Assembly (NCBI GenBank): GCA_000991205.1
Contig: LBRC01000001.1
Location: 1-47,664 of the forward strand
Reading direction: 5' to 3'
Length of the DNA stretch: 47,664 nt
Origin: Parcubacteria group bacterium GW2011_GWA2_36_10
GTDB lineage: Bacteria; Patescibacteriota; Patescibacteriia; UBA1558; GWA2-36-10
Part shown: positions 10,397-20,866 of the stretch, one piece after another
Position numbering within the stretch: the stretch's first letter is position 1
Layout of the letters: each line of letters begins with the position of its first letter
Translations under genes and position numbers: made by a program
Notes under the pieces: generated by a model
Database searches by the model: none
What the model was told of the DNA's origin: nothing
What the model saw: only the letters and a program-made list of their open reading frames with translations

Positions 10397-10550
10397 TGTA
10401 ATATTATATATATTTTTTAATCTTATTTTTTGTTTAAATTACACAACAATATCTAAAATAACCATAAGATCTTTCTTGTTTTGTTCTTTTAAGAATGTTG
10501 AATATTTCATTATTTTATAAATTTAATTGCTACAAGATATTTTCGTATTA

Positions 10551-11336
10551 TTATTTTTTGATAATACCAAATCCCCTATATCTATTGGTATACTTTACAT
10601 TAATTTCTTCTAAAAAATTATCAAAAGCCTTATTCCATTTTATATCATCTGACAATAAAAAACCATTATAAGACAATTTTGGCCAAATTGTCTGATATTC
10701 AAAAAACATATATTCATAGCTGTGATCACTGTCATGATAAAAAATATCAAATTGTTCTAAACCTTCAATTAGTTTGGGTAATTCTATTTTAGAGTCCCCT
10801 AAAATCAATTGCCAACGTGACCGCAAATAATTTGGCACTATCCAACCCGGTGTCTGACCTTCTGGCACAAAAGCATTTAATTCTGTATTCCCCTCACTAG
10901 TGATATAAGAGCCTGGCTTTTCGTTAGCATAAAATTTTGGCAGATCTATTGAGTATAGTTTTCCCTTACCATTTTCGTATAACGCCTGCAAGATAGATGC
11001 TGATGATCTGCCGCTTGCTACCCCTGTCTCTATGACAATGTTTGGCTTTTTCATCTTAGTCATAGTATATAACATCATGATATCAAAATCACCAGAATGA
11101 CCCACTGAAAAATGTTTTTTAAAAATTTGTGATTTTCTAAAATTATTTAATTCATTAATAGCTTCATGCCCAAATAATTTAAATAAAATCTCTTTAGCTT
11201 TTAAATAATCCTTTCTTTTCAGTCTTGGCTCTAAAAATATTTTCCAATTAGCAATATTTCTTAAAAATACAATAACTAATCCCAGCAAAGGAATTGTTTT
11301 TAATTTTCTATAAATCTTTCTGATAATTTCCATCAT
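10551..11336 (-). CDS. Class I SAM-dependent methyltransferase (Methyltransf_24-like)
   Basis: IETGVASGRSS, LYSIDLP, FYHDSDHSY, LLSDD. Start moved from 11396 to ATG 11336 (MMEII), 10 nt after the upstream stop. Confidence 0.85.
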   Translation of the reverse strand: MMEIIRKIYRKLKTIPLLGLVIVFLRNIANWKIFLEPRLKRKDYLKAKEILFKLFGHEAINELNNFRKSQIFKKHFSVGHSGDFDIMMLYTMTKMKKPNIVIETGVASGRSSASILQALYENGKGKLYSIDLPKFYANEKPGSYITSEGNTELNAFVPEGQTPGWIVPNYLRSRWQLILGDSKIELPKLIEGLEQFDIFYHDSDHSYEYMFFEYQTIWPKLSYNGFLLSDDIKWNKAFDNFLEEINVKYTNRYRGFGIIKK

Positions 11337-11346
11337 ATATTTAAAA

Positions 11347-12195
11347 CTATCTACAATGAGGGCATCTCTTACAAATCTCAAGATTTCTCTTGCCATTCGA
11401 CAAACCTTCGTATAAATCCCTTACTTCGTCACTTAATAATATCTCTTCAATGCTCTGCGTATTTAAATCACCGAAAACATTCTGTCTTTTCCAATCCCAG
11501 CAACACAAAGCCAGCTTGCAATCATGGGTAACTAACACCTCATTTAATGGCGCTAGACATGGCCTAGTGGAACCATTTTCTGGTAGTTCATATATTTTCA
11601 TTCTATCATCTAAGATAATAGGGGTAACTTTAAAGGGAATATTAAGTTTAATTTTAGAAAGTCTTTCAAATTCTAACGGATTATAAGAAGATACCCTGAT
11701 GATACCTACGCCATTTTTTTCTAACTCCTCGGCTAATGTTTGGTCAAAATAAAAACCATTTGATTGTATGGCTATTTTAGCTTTTGGCAACATTTCTCTA
11801 GTTTTTTTGATAAACATCATTAATCTTGGGTCTATACATGGCTCATTATAGACATCAAAAGCAATATAGCCTCGATAATCATTTATTTTTAAAGATTCTA
11901 AAACCTTATAAACAATATTTTCTGACAATATCTTTTTTTCACCAGCACAATTTAATGGGCACTTAGCATGAATAGTAGCGTAATTACAAATATTAGATAA
12001 TTCAAAAGCGATTCTTTTGGTCTTATCAAAAGCCCCCTTACTAGCTTCGACGTATCTAAGATCATCTTTGGTGCCATTAAAATTTTGTTTTCTTAAAGAG
12101 TACAATTTAGCTCTTAATAATCTAAATGTTTTACCAATAAAATTGTTTGTATTCTTTTTATAAAAATTGTACAAAAAACGCTTATACTTGTTCAT
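11347..12195 (-). CDS. Radical SAM protein with SPASM/twitch domain and atypical cluster motif
   Basis: FELSNICNYATIHAKCPLNC, YNEPCIDP, SNG; C-terminal RPCLAP...LCCWDW...GDLNTQSIEEI...CKRC. Confidence 0.82.
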   Translation of the reverse strand: MNKYKRFLYNFYKKNTNNFIGKTFRLLRAKLYSLRKQNFNGTKDDLRYVEASKGAFDKTKRIAFELSNICNYATIHAKCPLNCAGEKKILSENIVYKVLESLKINDYRGYIAFDVYNEPCIDPRLMMFIKKTREMLPKAKIAIQSNGFYFDQTLAEELEKNGVGIIRVSSYNPLEFERLSKIKLNIPFKVTPIILDDRMKIYELPENGSTRPCLAPLNEVLVTHDCKLALCCWDWKRQNVFGDLNTQSIEEILLSDEVRDLYEGLSNGKRNLEICKRCPHCR

Positions 12196-12245
12196 TCTAT
12201 TTATTTTTAATAATTATTTATATACGATATATTATCAAATAATAC

Positions 12246-13127
12246 TTATTTTACCAACATTTTAAAAGAAAGCTTAATTGCATAATAAAAATAAAATAAA
12301 TTCCATGGCGTTGCGAACCAAGCTTTAAATAAATATTTTCTAGCTTCAGTGAATTGATTATTTTTTTTATACAAATTTGCTAACCGCAAATAACAAAAAG
12401 CTAAAGCTTTTTTATTTTTTTTATAATCAGCATAATGTTTTTTAATAAAAATTTTAAAATAAGAAGTGATAGTATCGATATTTTGCATACCACCCATATG
12501 CTCATCTTCAGCCAAAATATTAAGTTTTACTAGAGATTCTTTGATGGCGTAAAATTTACCTACTTTTAATAAACGTAACTGCAAATCCCATTCTTGATTT
12601 TTTTTCAATGTTTCATCAAACATTATTCCTTGCTCGATGATTTTTTTTCTAAGCATAATAGTGCTGGTCCAAATATAACCACGATACAAAGTTTTTTGAA
12701 AAGGCCATACTACTCCATTTTCATCAGAAATGTTTACTTCTAATAATTCTCCATTTTTATTATATTTACTAAGGCCACAAAAAACTAAGACCACTGAATC
12801 ATCACAACTATCAAAAGCTTTGACTTGTTTAGCTAATTTTTCTGGTAACCATTCGTCGTCGTCGTCTAAAAAAGCAATAAACTCTCCACAAGCCTCTTTT
12901 ATGCCTATATTACGAGAAACAGCGCCGCCTACGCTCTGTTCATTTTGAACATATCTAATCCTTACATCACCAAAACCATCAATGACATTTTTAGCTCTCT
13001 CTTCTATACCATCGTCAACGATAATAATCTCAAAATCACCATAAATCTGTGCTAAAACAGACTTAATCGATCTACCAATTAAATGAGGTCTATTATGTGT
13101 GGGTATAACAACTGAAACTCTAGGCAT
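12246..13127 (-). CDS. GT2 family glycosyltransferase
   Basis: VSVVIPTHNR, IIVDDG, SRNIGI, AFLDDDDEW. Confidence 0.95.
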   Translation of the reverse strand: MPRVSVVIPTHNRPHLIGRSIKSVLAQIYGDFEIIIVDDGIEERAKNVIDGFGDVRIRYVQNEQSVGGAVSRNIGIKEACGEFIAFLDDDDEWLPEKLAKQVKAFDSCDDSVVLVFCGLSKYNKNGELLEVNISDENGVVWPFQKTLYRGYIWTSTIMLRKKIIEQGIMFDETLKKNQEWDLQLRLLKVGKFYAIKESLVKLNILAEDEHMGGMQNIDTITSYFKIFIKKHYADYKKNKKALAFCYLRLANLYKKNNQFTEARKYLFKAWFATPWNLFYFYYAIKLSFKMLVK

Positions 13128-13134
13128 AATCTAT

Positions 13135-14157
13135 TTATTTATAAACATTTTTTATAATCTTTTCTAATTTCTTCGTTTGATCTAACCAACTTGGCATATT
13201 CTTAATAAAATTCTGGGCGTTATAAATAATGTCCTGCCTTAAATTTTTATCTTTGATGGCTAATTCTAACTTATTTTTTAAATCTTGTACATCTCTTCTC
13301 TTGGCAACTAAGGCAGTAAAGTTATCAAAGGCGTAATCTCTTGAACCACCATTATCATAAGTCACTAAAACACAGCCACAAGCCATAGCTTCTAAAGATG
13401 GTAACCCAAAACCCTCGTCCCAAGAAGGACATAAAAAAATATCACAAGCAGCATGGATCTCAGCTACTGCTTTGCCAATTGGCTGAAAATAATATTCATC
13501 ACATTCTGCATTATCTTGTCTAGCGCCATACATAATTAATTTAATATTTGGATATTTATTTTTTAAATCATTAACAACATCAAGGCCCTCTTTCACGCCT
13601 TTCCATTTATATGTATGCTGAAGCATCAAAATTCTAACACAATCTGGATTTTTTTTAATATTATATAAATGAAAAACCTCTTGATCTAAAACATTTAATA
13701 ATAAATGCGGTTTTTGTCCAAATTCCTCCACCAGCATATCACGCAGCCAAGTCGACACGGTAATAAATACATATGGTAAATTATAAGTTTTAGCAACCAA
13801 CTCTTTTTGTCCGTGATAAAGTCTTTCGTCATGTTGCACTATATAAAATTTTTTGCCAACTTTTTGACTATAATTCTCTATTGCTAAAGCATGTTCCGAA
13901 GAAGAAAAAACTAAAACGTCAGCTTCTGGCAACATTTTTTCTGTTAATTTAGCAATTGCCTTGATTTTAAACTGCTTATTCTTTAACCATTTTGGCTTGT
14001 AATAAAACAAATTGAAACACAAGCGTTGAAATTTTGTAGTATTTACAACCAACACCTTAACATCATGGCCAGATAGTGACAAATGATGAGCGTACTCCAC
14101 TAGAACCATTATGCCGCCAGCAATTTTTAAATGTGGTACCAGAAAATTAATTTTCAT
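13135..14157 (-). CDS. GT4 family glycosyltransferase
   Basis: IAGG, PSWDEGFGLPSLEAMACG. Confidence 0.93.
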   Translation of the reverse strand: MKINFLVPHLKIAGGIMVLVEYAHHLSLSGHDVKVLVVNTTKFQRLCFNLFYYKPKWLKNKQFKIKAIAKLTEKMLPEADVLVFSSSEHALAIENYSQKVGKKFYIVQHDERLYHGQKELVAKTYNLPYVFITVSTWLRDMLVEEFGQKPHLLLNVLDQEVFHLYNIKKNPDCVRILMLQHTYKWKGVKEGLDVVNDLKNKYPNIKLIMYGARQDNAECDEYYFQPIGKAVAEIHAACDIFLCPSWDEGFGLPSLEAMACGCVLVTYDNGGSRDYAFDNFTALVAKRRDVQDLKNKLELAIKDKNLRQDIIYNAQNFIKNMPSWLDQTKKLEKIIKNVYK

Positions 14158-14167
14158 AACATCATAT

Positions 14168-15244
14168 CTATAAAGAAAATTCTATTTTTATTTGCTTAAC
14201 TAAAGCATGTTTACTAAAATACTGCTCAATTTTTCTTCTACCATTTTCTCCTAAATTATTCAAAGCCTCTAAATTATTGCTGACATATTTTATCTTTTCC
14301 GCCAAATCTTTAGCATCTGCCATCTCACAATAAATCAAATCTTTTTTATCTTCTAAATACAGTTCTATTGCCCTGTTTCTACCGGTGACAACAATTTTTT
14401 TACAAGCCAAACATTCCAAAACTTTATTAGCTATAACTCTTTTAGCTTTATTGGTATTACCAAATATACCTAAACAAAAAGAAGATAATTTAATATAGCT
14501 AATAATCTTACTGTTCTCAATTCTATCGATAAAAATAATATTATCTAAATTTAAATCACGATAAAGTTGATCTATTTTTTTTCTTGTCTGGCCATTACCA
14601 ATTAAAATAAACTGCATATCTTTTTGCTCACGTAATATATCAGCCGCTTTTATAATATATTCCACACCTTGTAATGGTATATATAAGCCAAAAAATAAAA
14701 CATTACATTTCTTGGGATCAAAAATATTTTCCACACTAGGATTAATCTTGTCTACAAAATCTAAATCTATGCTGATTGGTATGACAATTTTTTTAACCCT
14801 TTCTTTAATATGAAATTTTTCAATAAAATAATCACGATGTAAATTAGTGTCAAATATTATTATATCAGAGGATAAGCAAGAAAAATAATCCAATAAATAA
14901 TAATATAAAGCCTTAACGGAAAATCTATTTGCTAAAGCTCTATCAAAAATATACGTATCATAAATAGAAATAAAAGCATCAAATATTAATTTAATTTTTT
15001 TTGGTTTAAAAAATAATCTATAAAAAAATAATAAAAAAGCTAACTTCTGGCTAGTTTGTAAAAATAATATATAATCATATTTATTACCATTAAGTATTAA
15101 ATTCTTTAAAATAAAAATTTTATTAGCAGAAGTAGAAAAATTATTTTCTGTAACTTCAAAAACTTCACCCAGACTTTCTATCAATGCCTTGTTTCTGGGA
15201 TATTCTTGATTATAGGTACCAGTAATTAATAATTTACTTCTCAT
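14168..15244 (-). CDS. GT4 family glycosyltransferase
   Basis: YPRN, FFGLYIPLQGVEYI, LGIFG...VIANKVLECLAC. Confidence 0.88.
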   Translation of the reverse strand: MRSKLLITGTYNQEYPRNKALIESLGEVFEVTENNFSTSANKIFILKNLILNGNKYDYILFLQTSQKLAFLLFFYRLFFKPKKIKLIFDAFISIYDTYIFDRALANRFSVKALYYYLLDYFSCLSSDIIIFDTNLHRDYFIEKFHIKERVKKIVIPISIDLDFVDKINPSVENIFDPKKCNVLFFGLYIPLQGVEYIIKAADILREQKDMQFILIGNGQTRKKIDQLYRDLNLDNIIFIDRIENSKIISYIKLSSFCLGIFGNTNKAKRVIANKVLECLACKKIVVTGRNRAIELYLEDKKDLIYCEMADAKDLAEKIKYVSNNLEALNNLGENGRRKIEQYFSKHALVKQIKIEFSL

Positions 15245-16247
15245 CTTTTATCCTCCAACTAGCTGGTAAGTTTTTTAAAATCTCAATATTAGAGAATACT
15301 TTAGTTTCTCTAGCGCCATGTTTCTTTGCCCAAGTAGCCATTCTTTTGACACCTTCGGCTAATGAATGAGCATCTTCATAAGCTAATAATAATCTAACTT
15401 TACTGTGATCAGAATAAGCGGTATGTACTTCATTTCTAGCTTCTAAATATTTAACCTCTACTTCTTTTTCCATAGCCTCAAAAACATATTTTACTATATC
15501 ATTAACAGAATATGGCTCATCAGCACCAATATTAAAAACATGATTATATGCTTCTTGTTTATTAATTGCTTGTGCCATGGCTTGAGTCACGCCTTTAACA
15601 TAAGTAAAGGCTCTTTTTTGCGTGCCATCACCAAAAATAGTAATTGGTTTATCTTGCATGATTTGGTTCATAAAAATGCCTAAAACATTTCTATACTTAT
15701 CTCCAATATTTTGTCTTTCTCCATAAACATTATGTGGTCTAAAAATAATATAATCTAAACCAAACATTTCTTTACAGGCTTTGAGTTCTAATTCAATGGC
15801 ATATTTAGCGATACCATAAGAGTCTTCTGGTCTTGGAGTAGTGGTTTCTAGCATTGGTAATTGATTAGCGCCATATACAGCGATTGAAGATGTAAAGACA
15901 AAACATTTGACATCATGATTAACCGAAGCATTAATTAAATTAATACTACCTAATAAATTATTATGATAATTAAAGCTTTTGATAAAGTGACTTAGGCCTT
16001 CAGCGGCATAAGCAGCTAGATGATACACATAGTCAAATTTATGTTCAGTAAATAAAGCTTGAACTAATTGAGCATCATTTATACTGCCTTCTATGAATAA
16101 AGCTTTAGAATTAACATTTTCTTTAAAACCACCACTTAAATCATCTAGCACAACTACTTTATGACCTAATTCAATAAGCTCATCTACTAAGTGAGAGCCG
16201 ATAAAGCCTGCCCCACCGGTGACTAAAATTTTGGTTTGTGTGTTCAT
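15234..16247 (-). CDS. NAD-dependent nucleotide-sugar epimerase/dehydratase (GalE-like extended SDR)
   Basis: TGGAGFIGSH, TSSIAVYG, YGIAK, RPHNVYGERQ. Confidence 0.95.
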   Translation of the reverse strand: MNTQTKILVTGGAGFIGSHLVDELIELGHKVVVLDDLSGGFKENVNSKALFIEGSINDAQLVQALFTEHKFDYVYHLAAYAAEGLSHFIKSFNYHNNLLGSINLINASVNHDVKCFVFTSSIAVYGANQLPMLETTTPRPEDSYGIAKYAIELELKACKEMFGLDYIIFRPHNVYGERQNIGDKYRNVLGIFMNQIMQDKPITIFGDGTQKRAFTYVKGVTQAMAQAINKQEAYNHVFNIGADEPYSVNDIVKYVFEAMEKEVEVKYLEARNEVHTAYSDHSKVRLLLAYEDAHSLAEGVKRMATWAKKHGARETKVFSNIEILKNLPASWRIKDEK

Positions 16248-16264
16248 ATATACAAAGAGTTAGT

Positions 16265-16876
16265 TTATTTTTTAGCTACCAAAACCATATTCCAAGGAAC
16301 TGGTTGTTTATAATCAATAATTTTAAAATATTTACTTAATAAATCAAGAAATCTTGCCCTACTCCAATGATTAATATGTCCTGGGGTATTACCAAAATCT
16401 TTTATATACTTGCCCCTCATAAGATTCATGAGCCTCCACAAAGGTTCATTAGGCACACTTAAAAGACAAAAATTATTAGTAACTCTTGCTAATTCTCTTA
16501 AAGCTTCATCTGGATTATCCAAGTGCTCTAAAACCTCTAAGCATACCACCAAATCAAAACTATTATCCGATCTCTGCAAATCATAAATAGATTCTCGTTT
16601 AATATTAATATCAGGATTTTTAATTTTTGCATCATCAACTAAGTTTTGTTCATAATCAGACGCTTCTATTAATTGTGTTGGGAAAAAATTTCTTAAGTAC
16701 TGAGTAGAAAATCCATGTCCGCAACCAACCTCTAAAACTGAATCGATATTTTTATTTTTAACTAAATTAGCTAAGTTTTTATAAAAATTCTTAATTAACC
16801 AATTTGTAATAAAATTAGTTTCGGTATATTTTTTTTCAAAATTTTCTTTACTTGTTATATTCATTTTTTTTCGCAT
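16265..16876 (-). CDS. Class I SAM-dependent methyltransferase (start may be ATG 16864)
   Basis: LEVGCGHG, CLEVLEHL, LSVPNEP. Confidence 0.9.
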   Translation of the reverse strand: MRKKMNITSKENFEKKYTETNFITNWLIKNFYKNLANLVKNKNIDSVLEVGCGHGFSTQYLRNFFPTQLIEASDYEQNLVDDAKIKNPDINIKRESIYDLQRSDNSFDLVVCLEVLEHLDNPDEALRELARVTNNFCLLSVPNEPLWRLMNLMRGKYIKDFGNTPGHINHWSRARFLDLLSKYFKIIDYKQPVPWNMVLVAKK

Positions 16877-17816
16877 AATATAATATTTTTTCTTGATTCC
16901 ATCTAATTCTTGCTAGCATATCTGATAAAAAACCAACAACGACTAATAAAATACCTAATAAATTCAAAAAAGCACCGGAAAATATCACTGACTTATAAGG
17001 AGTAAAAGATGATGTCTGTAAAAAATATAAAAAAACAAAAGCGTCTAATAATAAACCAATGCTAAAAATAAATGTACCTAAAAACCCAAAAAATTTCATT
17101 GGTTTATAATCACGTAAAGTTTTAAAGTTTATTTTTAATATATTCCAAGCATACTTAAATAAATTACTAGCCACTCTTGATTTTCTATTAAAAAAATAAC
17201 GTACATGGATAGGAACTTCTTTAAAACTTAAATTTTTAAAACTCAAATCTATAATTGTTTCTTGGGTATAGGTAAAATCACCAAATAAATTTAAATTGCA
17301 CAGAGCCTCTGCGTTATAAGCCCGAAAACCACAACTCACATCAAAATATCTTATACCAGTAAGCCAAGTAACTAAATTAGCCACTGTTTTATTTCCCCAA
17401 ATTTTAATTTTTGGCATATTTACTGGTATAAAAGATCTATCGACGAAACGAGATCCCAAAACAACATCATGTCCACCCGTAACCATAGCTTCTATTAATA
17501 ATATTATTTCCTGTGGATCAAATTGACCGTCTGCATCAATAGTAACTAAAATATCTGCCTTTCTTTTTATCGCCTCTTCAACGCCAGTTTGAAAAACAAA
17601 ACCAACGCCTTTATTTTTAGGGTGAGAAATCAAGCTGGCTAACTTCGAGTCTTTCACTATTTTAGCTGTCTTGTCTTGGGAACCATCATCAATAACTAGA
17701 ATCTCTACATTTGTCACATCAGCAATTTTGAGTGGCACTGCCTGTAAAACTTTTAAAATGTTTTCTTCTTCATTATAAGCTGGTATCAAAACCAGCACTT
17801 TTTTATCTTTTAACAT
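16848..17816 (-). CDS. GT2 polyprenol-phosphate glycosyltransferase (DPM1/ArnC/GtrB-like) with two C-terminal TM helices
   Basis: IPAYNEE, VIDDGSQD, NKGVG, TIDADGQF, GSRF, DVSCGFRAY, two hydrophobic C-terminal segments. Confidence 0.9.
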   Translation of the reverse strand: MLKDKKVLVLIPAYNEEENILKVLQAVPLKIADVTNVEILVIDDGSQDKTAKIVKDSKLASLISHPKNKGVGFVFQTGVEEAIKRKADILVTIDADGQFDPQEIILLIEAMVTGGHDVVLGSRFVDRSFIPVNMPKIKIWGNKTVANLVTWLTGIRYFDVSCGFRAYNAEALCNLNLFGDFTYTQETIIDLSFKNLSFKEVPIHVRYFFNRKSRVASNLFKYAWNILKINFKTLRDYKPMKFFGFLGTFIFSIGLLLDAFVFLYFLQTSSFTPYKSVIFSGAFLNLLGILLVVVGFLSDMLARIRWNQEKILYYAKKNEYNK

Positions 17817-19704
17817 ACTGTTTGAAATATAAAATTATTTTTTCTAAAGCGCTATAAATATATAAAAACATTATTGGTATAATTGGTAAAAAATATCTAG
17901 GATTCAAAAAGGTAGGCGCCAATAAACTAATAAAGCCTAAAATTACCCCAAAATATAACAACAATATCCAGCCTTTTTCCTTATTATTCTTGGTAACTGT
18001 TATTATGCCAGAAGCCAATAAAAAAAGGAATAGCAGCAATGGTATCAATAAAATTGGCCCATAATGTAAAGGATATTCTATAATTTTAAATAAATAGCGC
18101 AAACCAAAGACGGGGCCACCATAATCAACGGTATCATACACAGAGCCTATAGATGAACCATAAGACATAAAATTGATATACGCCTGGAGAACTGCAAATG
18201 GCAAGCCACCCAAAATAAAATAGCTAATATTCTTATATTGTTTAAAGTATGAGAATATGCCGAGATAAACTGGAATGATTATAAAATTTTGTAATCTTGT
18301 TAAAGTGGCTAAACCAACTAAAATACCCAGCATAAAGGCAAAAGATATTTTAGTATTTTTATAAAATTTTAAAAATAGCAAAAGCGCTGATAACATTAAA
18401 ATAGTAGAAAAAGGATCAGAAATTGCATAAAAATACATTAATTGTCCAAAACGACTAATTTTAAAATTATTAATCACCACGCTATCCTGAGCAAAAAAAT
18501 GAAATAAATAATAAAAAAAGTATGGATAAATAACAAACAGAGATGCTATGCCTAAAGCCTTTTTTTTATTGTGCAAAAAATCTTTAGCCAAAATATACAC
18601 TAAACAAACACTGACTACAAAAAATATATTATTTATAATAGCCACTGGTAAAATAATATCCATTATATCTTTTGCGTGCCATAAACAAACCAATGGAGCT
18701 AATAATAAAGAAAAACCTATGGGAAATAAATTTTCCACAAAGTGCCAACTCAATAAAGATTGTGCACCTTTAAAATAATCCAATTCGTCACCAGAAAAAC
18801 CAAAGAATAGAAAGCTATTATTTTCACCTAAATAAGGAAAGTTATTTTTTGCTAAAAATAAAATTAATAACCTCACTAAGATTAAGCTACTTATAGCTAA
18901 TAACCAATTTTTATTAATTTTAAACTTTAACATATTTTTGCTGATTTCTCTTAGCTTATAAAAAAATGGATTTAAATACGTTTTAAACTTCATTAAACTC
19001 AAGTCTCTTAAAATTTCTATCCTGGGTATAGACATTTTATCTTGCGTAGAATACAAAGTTCTTCCTCCGGCAAAAGCTAAAAGTACCCCCTCTTTGCTTA
19101 AAGCTTTCTTAGCTAGGTCATTATACTTATTGTGTGGATAAGCGACTATTTTTAAAGAATCATTAGGCCCAATAATGTTCTGTAAACTAATCAAGGCTTT
19201 TTGATATTCTTCCCTAATTTCTTCAGGACTCAATGTATCTACGTCTTTATGATGAGCTAAATGATTTGCAATACACCACCCTTCTTGTTTTAAGGCTAAA
19301 ATTTCAGTTTCATTCAGCATAGCTAAATTTTTATTGGCTACTTTTTGAGCAAAATTATTATCACGACCAATATAATCAGTGGCAATAAAAACTGTAGCCA
19401 CAAAACCATATTTTTTTAATATCGGCAAAGCATTAGTGTAATTATCTTGATAACCATCATCAAAAGTTAAAATAAAACTTTTTTCTGGCCATTGACCGTT
19501 GATAATATCTAATGACGTGATACTGTGATAGCCATTTAATTTTAGGTATTTAATTTTACTCTCAAAATCTTCCAGGCCAAGGCTAAGAGATGCATCTTTT
19601 TGACTAATTGAATGAAATAAAAAGACCGGCAAAAATTTCTTATTTTTAACTGGAAAAAATAAATTTAAAAGATAACAAATAAAATATATGAAATAGTCTT
19701 TCAT
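17803..19704 (-). CDS. Fusion of a polysaccharide deacetylase (NodB/CE4) and a GT-C-like multi-pass membrane glycosyltransferase
   Basis: N-terminal FHSI, LTFDDGY, NHLAHH, AYP, IPRI; C-terminal ~375 aa with many TMs, a GDE in the first loop and PRYFLP. Confidence 0.78.
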   Translation of the reverse strand: MKDYFIYFICYLLNLFFPVKNKKFLPVFLFHSISQKDASLSLGLEDFESKIKYLKLNGYHSITSLDIINGQWPEKSFILTFDDGYQDNYTNALPILKKYGFVATVFIATDYIGRDNNFAQKVANKNLAMLNETEILALKQEGWCIANHLAHHKDVDTLSPEEIREEYQKALISLQNIIGPNDSLKIVAYPHNKYNDLAKKALSKEGVLLAFAGGRTLYSTQDKMSIPRIEILRDLSLMKFKTYLNPFFYKLREISKNMLKFKINKNWLLAISSLILVRLLILFLAKNNFPYLGENNSFLFFGFSGDELDYFKGAQSLLSWHFVENLFPIGFSLLLAPLVCLWHAKDIMDIILPVAIINNIFFVVSVCLVYILAKDFLHNKKKALGIASLFVIYPYFFYYLFHFFAQDSVVINNFKISRFGQLMYFYAISDPFSTILMLSALLLFLKFYKNTKISFAFMLGILVGLATLTRLQNFIIIPVYLGIFSYFKQYKNISYFILGGLPFAVLQAYINFMSYGSSIGSVYDTVDYGGPVFGLRYLFKIIEYPLHYGPILLIPLLLFLFLLASGIITVTKNNKEKGWILLLYFGVILGFISLLAPTFLNPRYFLPIIPIMFLYIYSALEKIILYFKQYVKR

Positions 19705-20864
19705 TGAATAAAATTTAAAATATTATTTGCTCTTTTTTGCCAATCATATTGCTGAACTTTTAGATGAGCGCTAAAAGAAATTTTTTCTACTAACCCTTCA
19801 TCACTAACAGCTAATATGATTTTATTTTTTAAATCTTCTAAATCACCCACCCGATAAAACAAACAACTCGTATCATCTAAAATTTGCTTTATGCTAGGTA
19901 GATTTGAAGCTACTATTGGTCTTTGACTAGCCATGTATTCAAACATTTTTAAAGGGGTCATAAAAAATTCATAATGCGCAATTTTAGGAAACGGCATTAA
20001 TAAAACATCACTGGCTTTTTGTAGAATTGCTAAAATATTTTGCTTTTGTTTAGGTAAAAAATAAACTTTATCTTCAATTTCCAAATCTATCGCTATTTTT
20101 TGATAATATTGAATATCTATTTGGTTGCCACCAACTGCCAATAAAATAAAATCTTGACTTAATTTAGACAAAACAGTTATCACCTCTTTTAAACCCTTCT
20201 CATTTCCCATGGTTTTAAAACTACCAGAATAAAAAAGAATTTTTTTATCTAAAATATTATTAATATTAAAAATATTATTTACTTTTAATCTGGCTTGTTT
20301 TTTATCAATTGTTAAATCAAAAATACTTAAATCTACTCCATTTGGAGAAACCAATATTTTGCCAGCTACAAAATTATGTTTTATGAATTGTTCTTTAATA
20401 AAATAATTAGTTACGACAATCTTATCTACAAATTTTAATAGACTAAGATGAAAAAATTTTCCTTTAGCAAACCAATCATGACATTCATATACCGTTTTTC
20501 TATGCTTTAAAATAGCTAAAAAACAAAATAAAGAGCTACGACTATACACAATAGCTTGTTTATCAATTTTGATAAAAATTAGTTTTACAAAAAATAGTAA
20601 ATTTTGTAACAAAAATTGCCAGTAGCGCAAAAAATTAGGCAAAAAAGCTAACTCTGGTGTATGAATAATTTTATGTTTAAAGTTATTTTTTAAATTATAA
20701 AAACTAAAAATATCCTCTGTTATATGATTCTTTCTCTTTGGAGACCATAATTCTACTGCCACACCTAAATTAGCAAACTGTTCACACATTTTACTTGATT
20801 GATAACCATAAGCCTTTTCTGTGGGCATACGAGAATCTAAGATATAAATTAGTTTACTAATCAT
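19701..20864 (-). CDS. GT4 family glycosyltransferase
   Basis: RMPTEKAYG, PNGVD, TPLKMFEYMASQRPIVASNL. Confidence 0.92.
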   Translation of the reverse strand: MISKLIYILDSRMPTEKAYGYQSSKMCEQFANLGVAVELWSPKRKNHITEDIFSFYNLKNNFKHKIIHTPELAFLPNFLRYWQFLLQNLLFFVKLIFIKIDKQAIVYSRSSLFCFLAILKHRKTVYECHDWFAKGKFFHLSLLKFVDKIVVTNYFIKEQFIKHNFVAGKILVSPNGVDLSIFDLTIDKKQARLKVNNIFNINNILDKKILFYSGSFKTMGNEKGLKEVITVLSKLSQDFILLAVGGNQIDIQYYQKIAIDLEIEDKVYFLPKQKQNILAILQKASDVLLMPFPKIAHYEFFMTPLKMFEYMASQRPIVASNLPSIKQILDDTSCLFYRVGDLEDLKNKIILAVSDEGLVEKISFSAHLKVQQYDWQKRANNILNFIQ

Positions 20865-20866
20865 AA

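Noticed and set aside
10439..10510. 23-codon minus-strand ORF (MKYSTFLKEQ...) in the gap between two methyltransferases
   Set aside because: Too short and featureless; may be a remnant but cannot be supported.
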